Below are positions 52,209 to 64,000 of a stretch of 64,000 nt of DNA, one piece after another. The DNA lies in assembly GCF_018977255.1 (NCBI RefSeq), contig NW_024704742.1, positions 111,726,001 through 111,790,000 of the forward strand. Reading direction: 5' to 3'. Below the pieces are notes generated by a model. That model was not told the origin of the DNA and ran no database searches. It saw only the letters and a program-made list of their open reading frames with translations. Numbering within the stretch: position 1 is the first letter of the stretch; every line of letters starts with the position of its first letter. The position numbers were made by a program, and so were the translations under genes. The DNA is from Callorhinchus milii. Taxonomy: Eukaryota.

Positions 52209-52599
52209 TTAATTAGTATTTCAGGTTTCTCCAAAGCAATTCGTATCTGCAGTATTAACCCAATATCAGTTCAGAGCTCACAGCAGTGACAGAATGAGAC
52301 AGGCAGATACATTACAGAATCCATACTCTTATCATTGAGGCAACTATTGAACTTCCAGGTAGCTGAGTCGTTTAGAACAATTAAAGACAATCTTATAACT
52401 GAATGTTTCAGATTAATGTAGTTGCACAGATAATATCCAGAGTTAATAGAATGCATACCCGAGGGCTGTGTTTTATGAGGGCAATCCACGTCAGGATGTA
52501 GTATATTATTTAAATGTTTTTTGTAGTGATTGTAAGTTATTGAACTCATAGCTCATTATGTGGTTTACTTTTAATAAAGTACTCCTCCGTTGATATGTC

Positions 52600-52935
52600 A
52601 AAATCATATATCATGTCAAAACATTTCAAAGCGCTTCACGCTATGAATTAATTTGAAGTTCAGTGACTATTGTTATGATGGCAACCTGACAGCTAATCTA
52701 TACCAGCAAAACTACACATACACATCTGAGCCAAATAACAAACTAATCTGGGAGTTTTTGTGTAAATTTGGATAGGGAGCAGTATTGTTCAGGATACCAG
52801 GAGAACTTCTTTGAAATTGTGACATTGTTACGTAGACACATTCCCTGCTTTACACTTTTCCTGCTCTATAAACTCCCCGACATCCACCTGAATCATTCCA
52901 AACAGGTTAAGAAAATCTTAGTTTAACATTTCAAT
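52600..52935 (-). mobile_element. Old Deu-domain SINE fragment carrying a 52-bp insertion
   Basis: caggataccaggagaac...catccacctgaa...gtttaacatttca. Confidence 0.6.
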
Positions 52936-53444
52936 GATATTGCAACTGGTTCAGTTTCAGGCTGTGCTGCCACTGCTCTTATACTCGAAACTCAACTAGA
53001 TTCAGAAACCACTGTGGGCTCATCCATAAAATGTAGTTGGTTCAATTCACATATGTTTTGCATTGGTACTAAAGTTCATTCAAGATTTTATCTTCCTTTT
53101 AGAACTATTACAAAGTCATAATAATGTGATTTTCTAAAGGCGTTTCTTCATTATAAACCCATAGCCACAGTGCTTTGTGGAAGACAGGGTTTCCATTCTT
53201 TAAATCTATCCCACACATAACATGCTGCTTGTAATTGTGCAGATGCTGAGAATGTTCTGGATTTGGTTTATTTGTTTTCCCTCCTCAACTTCAATTATTT
53301 TGTCTCCCCTCCCATCAGATTCTCTTTGTCCACATTGCCACAAATCTGTGGCAAAAAAGCACTTTAGCTTCAATACGTAGACACATTCCCTGCTTTACAC
53401 TTTTCCTGCTCTATAAACTCCCCGATCTACACACATTCACTCTG

Positions 53445-53845
53445 ATAATAATAATCTTTGCATTTGATATAGCGCTTTATCATGTTATTGAGACACCTCA
53501 AAGCGCTTGATTATGTATTTTGTGGGCAAAATGCAGAAGCCAGTATTTGCACATAGCATGTCCCACAAACAGCATGGAGTGAGTGACCAATTTTATTCGT
53601 TGGCTAGGACACCAGAGAGAGAAACTCCCTTCTCTTTTTGAATAGTGCTTTGGGATCATTAAAATCAACCTGAACAAGCAGTGGCGACCTTGGTTTAATG
53701 TTGCATCTGAAGGATGGCACCTCTGACAATGCAACACATCCCCAGCACTGCATTAGTATGTCATTTTAGACTATGTGATTCTAAGCCCCAATGAAGGGCT
53801 TGAACCCACAACCAGGCGAGAGTGCTCTACTGAGCCAGACTGACA
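53445..53845 (-). mobile_element. Old Deu-domain SINE
   Basis: Collinear with the 23722-24155 copy. Confidence 0.8.
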
Positions 53846-55556
53846 CACACTTATTATCTACTCTATTTCTTGGGGGTCAGCTGGGTATCTGACACATGCA
53901 GTAAACCTTCACTCTTAAGAGTATCCGTACAAAGCTGTATCCACACTTACCCTCTACACACACTCACTGATTTACACACACACGTGGCTCCCCTCAACAT
54001 TCATTTGTCAACACTCACATAGCATCTGCTCTATACCTCTATTCTTCAGTAACTTTATCACTGTAGTAGTTTTTCATTGTCACATAAACTGAATACTTTC
54101 CAAATCCGTCCAGTCTAGGAAGACAGGAAATTCCCAGCTGGCAATCAAGGAGTTAATGCAGTAACACCTATCTTAAAAATAAAGATAAGAAAATCGGAAC
54201 AATTTTGCCCCTGCCGATAACACTTAAAAAATGTTCAAATCCAATTATGGTGTGTGGGCACGTATTATGTAGGTGTAAGTAGGGCATTGTCTTCAGGATC
54301 ACAGGTGACATTTAACAGGTGACAAAAAGATGCCTTAGACCAGCAGGAGACAAGAATGACTGAACACCCTGGGGCAGCTAACAGCCTAGGATGAAGAATA
54401 TAAATGATTTGTTTTTGCTTCTGTTTCAGGGTCATGTGTTCCCCAATGGGGGAAGGGGAGGAGGGTAATCCAAGGCTTGTTCCAGCACCAACTGAGTAGA
54501 AATCACATTCTCTGAGATGGTCCCAAGTGGTGCTGGGTTTTTGGTCTGGAGCTTATTCTTATTCTCCATGGATTTATCATAGCAGGCGTTTGCCACCTAT
54601 GCTGCTTTACGGCTTCAGAAGATCCACAGTTCCTTGTGTGATTTGAAATAAATGATCCACAAGGAAAGCAACGGGAACTGCAAGGATGCAGGGTTTATTC
54701 TAAACTTTCAAGTGGGTTTGTTCTTATTAGAGGACTGTTATGGTGGACAATGGTGTGAAAAATTCAGTCCATGATGTGATGATCATCACTGGTTATAATT
54801 ATCATAATGTGAGACATTTTCTTTCTGGAGACAACCAGAGACGACCAGGTTAGCAACTACTGTGCAAACCAATCATTTCCCCACCCCGTGATTTGTAAAC
54901 TGGTCGAAAAGATGATCACCTCAGTTGTCAAGCTGGTTGCAGGTCCCAGTATTTCAATGCTGGTTCACAACTGAGACCTTCACTCTACTTTGAGAGTTAC
55001 ATTACACCGGTATTTCCTGAGCTGTCACTGAGCTCCAGGGATTTGCATAGTGGCAAGTTCAATGGCTGACTGAGTAGCTGCAGAAACTTGCTTTTGGGAT
55101 GAAACTATTGTACCAAGTTAGATAGTGGGGCTCAGGGGTTTCCCAAGGCAGTTATCAACATAAGAACTTACATAAGAACACACATAAGAACATAAATGCT
55201 TGATGTAAAAAGACCAAGGACCATCTAATTCATTTTCCACCTTCCTGTTGGTCGCATGAAATGTTATTAATTGGGACGTCTCCAGGAATGGAACATCCTG
55301 CATTGGGATGATTATGTAAGGATTAGGATTATTATCATCATTGCTGGTGGTAATTATCACATCATGTTACAGTATCACATTTTTCACCTCCAATATATTT
55401 CTATTGCCCACAAAATATACAGTCAATTCACTTTACAGTATATTCTGTGAAGTGCTTTGGACATCAAGTGCTATATCAATTGCGAGGATTATTATTATTA
55501 TTATTGGTTGCATTATTAACAGTCTGTACAAGGTCAACATTTTAGGTTTTTCCTTT

Positions 55557-55877
55557 TATAATCCTTGCATTTGATATCCTTGCAATTGATATAGCGCTTT
55601 TCACGTCAGGAGGACATCCCAAAGCGCTTCACAGAATATACTGTAAAGTGAATTGACTGTATATTTGTGGGTGAACGCGGCAGCCAATTGCGCACAGCAG
55701 TGTCCCACAAACAGTTGTAGATTGAAAATGACCAATTTATTATTGGTTTTGGTTTTGGAGGGATTATTATTAGGTGTGTGGAGTAAGGAAACTTGCCCAA
55801 GGTTTCGCCCTGCCTGGAATTGAACTCAGGTCTCTCGCTTGCAAAGCGAGTGCTCTAACCACTGAGCTACAGGACTC
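55557..55877 (-). mobile_element. tRNA-Ala-derived SINE, short subfamily, with a duplicated tail segment
   Basis: Near-identical to the 29635 copy; atccttgcatttgat is repeated at the 3' end. Confidence 0.92.
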
Positions 55878-58800
55878 TTAAACTCTTTTGGGTAGCAATA
55901 TGCAATATGATGGAGAGAGTTATGATAAATATCTTTCTGATCCACTATGAAAAGTGTAATAATCCCAAACCACAATCATCCAAATTAGCAATGGCAACAA
56001 AGTTAAGTGGTTTCTTAGAAAATTATGCAATCGTTTTTGTTCAGGGGGACAGGACAAATCAAGATTTTCAGGCAATGCGATATCTTTATAATAGCTCCTG
56101 TTTTAAGGCCAACTTTATTTTGACTTTTTTTTGCAACAATCTGAATCGTTTCCAACAGCCAACCCAATTCTGTTTGTTTATTGAGCAGACATTTTCAGCA
56201 TCTGTTGTTTCCTCGCAGGCAGCACACTGACAAAACAAAGCCTGAAATAAGAGTGCAGCTCCATTTTACAACCTCCTTTTACAAGAGGGTCCATCCTGCC
56301 TGTCCTCGGGTGTCATGTCTTAGTGCTATTTCCTTGTTTGATTCTATTTTGCAGTGAAAGTATGACTAGTTTATTTAGTAAACCCCAGAACAATACTTTG
56401 AGTTATGCCAAAGCAGTAGAACAAGAGGACACAGGTTCAGGAGTTGCAAAGGGCAGTTTCAGGACAGATACATTGAAGTATTTTTTTATCCAGAGTGTAA
56501 TTAATCACTGATGGGGAAAAGTACCACCTGGGTCTAGATTTACTGTTTGTGGCATTTTACAACATTCATAATTTGGCAATTTCTTTCAAATGCAGCCTTA
56601 ATTTTGAAGCTGTTTTTCTGTAATGCCTTTTAAAAAACAAAGAAAACTGACTTCAATAACAATATATCCTAGCGTTTGATTCAGTACCTTATCACATTGT
56701 CGAAACATCTCATAGTGAAGTATTTGTTGGCAGCAAACTTATGCACAGAAACGTCCCATAAACAGTGTTGAAGTCAGTGACCAATTTTATCTGGGGTCCA
56801 CTCCCTGGATAAGCAGCACCATTCAACATTTTCATACATGGTAAAACTAGGTTATATTTTGCAACTTAAAAGTAGCTTGAATGATTGATTTGCCTACGCA
56901 CTGAACCTTGACCAACCATTTGCCTGAATGTGTTCTATACTGTTCTATAGATATTCAATAGCAGACATATTAGACTGTGGAAGTATCAAATGGCAAAGGC
57001 ATCATGGCATAAATGCTGCACAGAGAGTAATCCATACCGTTCTCATTTTACTTTCAGAAACTGTCTGCATGCTGATGGGGATAAATATTTAATACATGTT
57101 CTTTTAAGCCTTGCTAATTCTGCTGTCTGGGACTGTGTTTTGGTTTTGTTGTTCCACCAGGGAGGATTCAGTCACTGTTAAGCAGGGTACAGAAATATTA
57201 CTGCATCTCATTATGCAGTTCTAGGATCATCCAATAGACACCTTCTTCGTGTTTTATATTAAGCTGCTGGAATGGAAGAAAAGGTATGATTTCTCCTGGT
57301 GGGCTGGGGCACAGTATCCTTTATTTTGGTTTGTCGATATGTTCCCATTCACATTGATGCCAGTCTAAGGTGAGCTCGTTGACAACTGGAGCTTGTGGAT
57401 GATGAGGCTTTGACAAAAGATTTTAATGTAAAACTGCCCCTTTCTACAGATTTATTCTAAATTGCTCAAATGGAGTCTCACTGTGATCCAGGCTATTGTG
57501 TGTCTAGTTTCTCAGTACTCAATTCAGACTATTACCAACTGTATTAAACTGGGATCAGTAGTGATATGGGATTGAGATCAGCTGGACCAGACTGTAATAT
57601 ATAATTAGAGCAAATGACAGCAATGCTACATGTTATAGAAGACACAAGTCTGATGAGCAATGTCGGTTTTGTAGGTTTTAATTCTGGATTTAACTTGATA
57701 ATTTAGGTGTCAGTCTGGTTCAGTTAGTAGCACTCTTGCCATTGAGTCAGAAGGTTGTGCATTCAAGTCCAAGTTGGAGCTTTGATGTCACATCATCCTC
57801 CAGTGCAGTGCAGGAGTTATGCTACATTTGTGGAACATTGCAATGCACAGATTGGCTGCTATATTCACCTGCAAAATGCACATTCACTACATATTACAGT
57901 AAATCCTGTGAAGGGCTGTGAAGCCATTGGTGTATTTCCACTGAAACACATGTTTCATGTGGCTGGTGTCACCGTGTTTTTTTTAAGTGCTCTGTGCAAA
58001 GTGACGCTGAACCATTCACAGTGGTTAAAAAAGTTCATCGTCTTTGAGCAGAGGCCTCACTGCTACTGGACCTTCTTACAACCAACAACAACTTGCATTT
58101 ATATAGCGCCCTCACGCAGGGTAGCATCCCAGAGCACTTGCAGTAGAGAGTGATTGCAAGAGTGTATTTCAGTATTAAGTATACTCCCTATATGAACGTA
58201 AAAATATACAGGAGCGCAAAAAAAATTATCTGGCTAATCCAAAAAAAGTTCAAAAATATCTCTGATACCCCAAAATAGCTCCTTTTGCCTAAAAATCCAT
58301 CCCACCGTATTATCTTTTATCATGAATTCATAAAACAGTATTATTTTAATTCTGATCGCCAAAGGCATTGTAGAAAAAAAAGCACAAGGATCTGAGTACA
58401 ATGCATCGCTTGGAGAGTTCACACACCTGAGTAGACATAAGTAGAGTAGGCATCTGGTAAACTTTATAACTTCTGTTTTATGCAGTCAGTTTGAGTTGTT
58501 GTTAAATTACCATAGGACTCTGGGATCTTTGCGACATTCTCTGCATAAAAACATCAGACAGACAGAAAAACAAGTGAGACAAGATGTAAACGTGTGTTGT
58601 CAGGGACTGCTTCCATTTCCTTTCCACATCGGGGAGCAAGACCCACATTTCTGTTTGCTCTTGTACATGAAAACAGACCCCTTGTTTAGCCTCAGCTAAT
58701 AATTTTATTATTCATGCTTATGGGAGTCCAGGTGGCTTTCTGCAGACATCTGCAGTTTTTACCTCCGAGCCTTTGGGTTTGAATCCTACCTTTGCCCACT

Positions 58801-59821
58801 CAATCACCTTTTTGCAGAGCCACAATGTAACCTGGCTTTTTGATGATGTTTCAGGGATTTTGGATTAGCATTACAATTCAGGACTGGTGCATTGCGTATG
58901 CTTTATGAAAGAAATATTGTCATGGGAACAACCTAAAAGGTGTTCATTGTCTTGCATTGAGGCTGTGTTGTGTCACGGGGGCCTATTAGTGCACATGTAG
59001 TAAATAGCAACAAGCCTGACTTTAAAATTGGTTTTGTAGAACTAAAGCTAGATAGGTAGCTGTTCCTAGTATTTGGCTGCTCACCCTGAGATGTTTTATT
59101 CACTGCTGAATTTTTTTTAACCTTGCAATCTTTACCATGCAACTGTAAATTCACATAGATTTACATCGACTACATTGCACGGAAACAGACCATTCGACTC
59201 AACCAGTCTGTGCTGCTGTTTATACTCTATAAGTCCAGCCCCTCCTTATTCCCTCCCAACCCATTCTATTCTCTTCTCCTTCATGTAAGTTATAATATTA
59301 GCTTCTCTTGTATATAAGATTTAGACTTTTATGTTCATGTATTATTAATAATTTTACATGATGACATATGTTTGAGGCTGGGTATGTACTTGAAGATATA
59401 TTTTTACAATGGTTTGAAAAACATCAAAAGCTTCCTCAAGAAATGTTTAGGATTCTGTAGAGTGAAAATTGTGACCTATGATTTGTTAACACTCTTGTCA
59501 ATGATCTCCTCAGTGAAAATTCTATGTGGTGCATATAATTTTGAAAACTGCCTTTGGGACAAAATATTGTCCCAAAGCCAAGATATGGAGGGCAGGGGGG
59601 AAGGTCATATTCGTAGTTAGCTTTTAGTAATACATGGAAAGATGAGATGTTTCCTAGCAGATGAAATCTGATAATTAATACAAAGAATCTGATATGAAAC
59701 AGCATTTCTCACATCATTGTTCTAACCTGAAGTATAGGAGGATCAGGGAATGATTTACCCTAGAAGAGGCAGAGTATTACTAAACTCCATAATAAACCAC
59801 AATGTTATATTACAGTGTAAC

Positions 59822-61170
59822 AATAACAACAACAACAATGAAAAAATTACATTTGGATAGCGCCTTTTACATCAGGAGGATGTCACAAGGCGCTAGACAG
59901 ACAGAGTTTCGGACCCGAGCTGGGGTTTGGGGTCAGGGAGGGTGGATGTCAAGGAGGGATGGAGAGAGATCGAAAGCATGGTGGAAGAGGAGGGTCTTGA
60001 GATGGGTCTTGAAGGTGGTAAGGGAGGGGGTGAGGCGGGGGGATTGTGGGATGGAGTTCCAGAGGATGAGGGCAGAGTGGCAGAAAGTCCGCCCACCAAT
60101 AGTGGGGTGAGCGAGGCGGGGACGTGAAGCAGGCCGGAGCTCGCTAAGCGGAGGGAGCAAGCAGGATGGTAGGGGGTTAGGAGATCGCTGAGGTAGGGGG
60201 GTAGCAAGACCATGGAGGGTTTTGAAGGTGAGGCCCAGGGTCTTGAGCTGTATCCTCTGTGTGATGGGAAGCCAGTGAAGTTGGGCAAGGATGGGGGTGA
60301 TAGGATCGTGGAGCCTAGTGGGGGAGAGGACACAGGTTGCAGAGTTCTGGATGATCTGCAGTCTATGGAGGGAGGAGTTGGGGAGGCCGACAAGCAATGA
60401 GTTTGCATAGTCAAGCCTCAATATAATGAAAGCACATATGAGTGTTTCGGCGGCCTGCAGTGTGAGACAGTAGCGGAGCCAGGCGATGTTGCAGAGGTGG
60501 GGGAAGGCAGAGCGGGTCATGGCGCAGCTGTGGGGTAGAAAGGCATAGTTGAGGGTCAAACAAGATGCCAAGGTTCTGGACTGGCTGAGCAAGGTGGAGT
60601 GTACAACCATGGATGGTGATGCTGTCAGTGACTGAGGTGAGGAGGTACTGATGGGAGTCAATCAGGAGGGCCTTGGTCTTGTTGGCATTCAACTGAAGAA
60701 AATTAGCTCTCATCCAGGACCTGATGTCTGACAGATATTCTGTCAGGACAGCAGTGGTCCTGGAGTCGGGGTGGAGGCAGAAAGGTAGAGTTGGGTGTCA
60801 TCCGCATACATGTGTAAGTTGACCCCATATCTGCGGTTGATGTCACCAAGAGGAAGCATATTGATATTGAAGAGGAGGGGACCAAGGACAGAGCCCTGAG
60901 GAATGCTGCATGCGACAGTGTGGGGGCTAGAGGAGAAATTGTTTGTGGAGATGAGGTGGAGGCGGTGTGAGAGATACAATCTGAACCAGTCAATGACAGA
61001 GCTGTGAAGGTTGAGGTGAGAGGAGAGGCAGTGGATGAGAATAGAGTGGTCGATGGTGTCGAAGTCAGCAGAGAGATCAAAGAGAACAAGGAGGCAGAGC
61101 GAGCCCTGGTCGCAAATGGACAGAATGTCATTTGTCACTTTGACCAGGGCTCTTTCTGTGCTGTGGAGCA
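59822..61170 (-). mobile_element. Degenerate 5'-truncated L2 copy
   Basis: [32 protein letters not shown] and LHWLP motifs in minus-strand ORFs; (CAA)n tail. Confidence 0.92.
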
Positions 61171-64000
61171 TTGTCATAACACACTTTGAATGTGTTCCAG
61201 CGTGAATTTGTTACAATGCAGGTGGACTGTGGATCCTATTTGCTGTGCATACCATACAGCCAACCAGCTATTGCACCAAATTGCTGACTTCCTTGTCATT
61301 CGATCATTGTCAGCATCACTTCCTGCTTTGCACATGCACAGCAAACAGGAACTGACATTGACAGCGATCCAATTACTTTTTCTTTAAGTGCAGGAACTGG
61401 CTGGTGCACAGGAACTCTTGTTATGTGGTTAGGATTTTAAGGATCTCAAGTATTTTATTAGAATGGGCTTCACTATATATCAATATAATGGACGATTTTT
61501 GTTCTGACAATGTTTATCCATTTCGAATCGTTTCCTACATTAATCAAATGACTTAGCTTTTTTTCAGTATTTCTCTCCGTTTCCATGGTTGTTCTAGTTA
61601 CACAAGCAATTAGCCTTGAATCAGATCAGTGGAATCATAATAACCTGGTTCTCGTAATCTCTGATACTTTGAAGAGCAAAAGGATTTCTTTGGCTCAGGG
61701 GAAAGCTTCTTACAAATCCCAGTACATTGGATTTGGGACCTTTATTAAAACTATGTAGTGGGCACACCCACACCCTATCCCAGAATAGATAGCTTCGAGG
61801 GTGAAAAACCAGAAAAAAAAGCAATAGATAGCACACTATACTTATGAAAAAATAAAGTTTTTATCGTCATGCTCTGTAAATCAAGCAACTTTACTCACAA
61901 ATTCATAGCAAAATTTAAATATTGAGGTGATAATTAGGATTAGGAATAACAAAATACTATCACAAGAGAGGTTCAGATGAAGCAAGCCTATTAGCCGATT
62001 TGATATCATCCTTTCACAATACCCACTCTACGAGTCATCCCATTATAGTCTCAAACTGTTTCTTAAATACGTCCAGCATTCTGACCTCAAACAACCCGTT
62101 GGCAATTCTTTCCGGCTGTTGATTATTAATAATAATCCTTTTAATTGATATAGGGTCTTTCATGTTAGGAGGATGAGGTTCTCATTCTCAAAAGCGCTTT
62201 ATAAAGTGCTTACTGTAAAGTATAGTGACTGTATTTTGCAATCAATTATTTTCCACGCAAAAAGATACTTCCTAGTGTCTGTTCTGAAATTCCCTTTCAC
62301 AACCCTGAATTTGGGTCATCTTGTCATGCCATATCTGTAAGTATTATTCTGGAGTCATTTTCTCTATCCAATACTTATATATCTCTATAAGATCCCTTAT
62401 GGCAGCTATCTTTTCAAGACTGAAGAGCCTTACCATGATCTAATCATTCTTCACAGCTCATCTCAGAGGTGGAGCCACCTCAGGCTTCTGGGTATCATCC
62501 TTGTTGCTGCGCTTAATTTTATAACTGCAATGGAAGGACGGCAGGGTGGCTATTCTGGATGAGATCGAATGAGCCGAAGGGCCTTCTTCATCTGAACCAA
62601 TCTTGTTTAACACAGCCAACTTTTTTTTAATATATTGTTATCCTACACATTTATACAAAGTGAGCAACAAGTCAACCCACCCCTAGGGTTAAAACATGTT
62701 ATATTGATGGAATACCCTTGCAAATGTAATCATTAATTGTGAGAGTTACAAATACACTGTGCAGTGGAGAGATAAGATGCCGGTTTGTGCATTTCCTCAT
62801 CCTGTAAGTTCCAGTGATCTGTCACACCACCATGGTAAAACAACACTTCCTGAAAGAGAGTGAAAGTCATCTCAATCTGGTCTTCTTGCACATAGTCACA
62901 GTGGGGAAAGGGAAGCCTGGAGCAGCAAAATGCTACATTACATGGGAACACGGTGGGGGGGAGAAAAATAAATAAAGAAGCAAACAGTGATTGAATATTC
63001 TTATTTTTGTTTCTTTTGAGGTTTATATCTGCCATTACTGTCATCAATTTGTTTCTCATGCCGAGTTTCCCCACAAAATTTACAGTCAATTCACTTTACA
63101 GTATATTCTGTGAAGCACTTTGAAGACTTGATAAGGCGCTGTATCAAATGCAAGGAATATTATTATTATCATGAGGCCCTACACAATGTGCTCAGCAGCT
63201 CTAAGTCAAGTAACAGAAAGGGTAGAGGTTACAAGATTACGACAGGACGGCTCACTGGAAATTAAAATCTATTCACAAAGTATGAAGGGAGCACTTCACT
63301 GAAAAATAATGCACTCTTTTAATGGTTATAATGCTCTTGTGTATGGTATATGTTTTATTAATTTTCAATGTTCATATCAATAGGCTGTACCCAGAATATA
63401 ATAATGATTATTAGTCTGTTTTGTGCTTTGGAAAAGAGAGAGCCTCAGGGCTACAGAGATCAAAGGCTCACAAGGACCTCAACATTGCAGCCTGTGCCCC
63501 AACTCTTTTGTTATTGCACTCCCGATCTGCACACACACAAATGGTAATGATTCAGTCTCATGCTGCATTTTCCATGTATGTTTCAGTCTCAGTTTTTTGC
63601 CCCATTTACACAACTTGAAAAACTTCAGGTTGCATCCTGCTGATGTAAACTGAATGCACAGCTAACAAGAACACATTGAAATGAAGCAATCAGATAAGCA
63701 ACTGTAATGCAACAGCAAGAACACTTTAGTACAAGACCTTATGCAGTGGGAGGTGTGATGAGAAGTTTTGTGGAAAGTGAAGCTTATGTTTTATTAATGG
63801 ATTGACAGCAAACTGTCGTAGCAATGTTAAACCAATCTTGTTTCTTTCAGGAGAATAGTCCATAACAACACATATCCCATAAAACTTTCATTGAAAAATG
63901 AGTAACTAGACAAATGCAAGTACTCACTTGCTCTTTCCTCCATGCTGACTTACAAAGGTAATCCATGCAATCTTAGCAGGTGTTGAATGAATGAGCGATG

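Noticed and set aside
62733..63089. 118-aa minus-strand ORF with a pyrimidine tract
   Set aside because: It starts inside a SINE fragment, has no recognisable domain and no clear donor site.

Overview
Vertebrate, largely non-coding and transposon-dense DNA. The repeat set (CR1, L2, tRNA/Deu-type SINEs, a shark-type Penelope tail) suggests a cartilaginous fish, possibly a chimaera; this is an inference. I recognise no host protein-coding gene, only a few candidate exons defined by splice signals. The main elements are: (1) a near-intact ~4.15 kb full-length CR1 LINE on the minus strand (12771-16918), with a zinc-finger/coiled-coil/SGNH ORF1 and an APE-RT ORF2 carrying two 1-bp deletions; (2) about ten L2 LINE copies, one with an uninterrupted RT frame (50669-52208); (3) many tRNA-Ala-headed SINEs in long and short subfamilies that share the L2 3' stem-loop, plus older Deu-domain SINEs; (4) decayed Harbinger transposase and Myb/SANT-like genes, several foldback MITEs, and a Penelope-like 3' end. 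The most interesting signals are the CR1 ORF1/ORF2 junction (UUUAAAC slippery site, one in-frame stop, no early AUG), the loss of all three ORF1 esterase catalytic residues, SINE/L2 tail covariation, two L2 copies with the same 5' end, inverted flank copies at LINE 5' junctions, and a 52-bp templated insertion. Boundaries of old repeats were placed by eye and are approximate.
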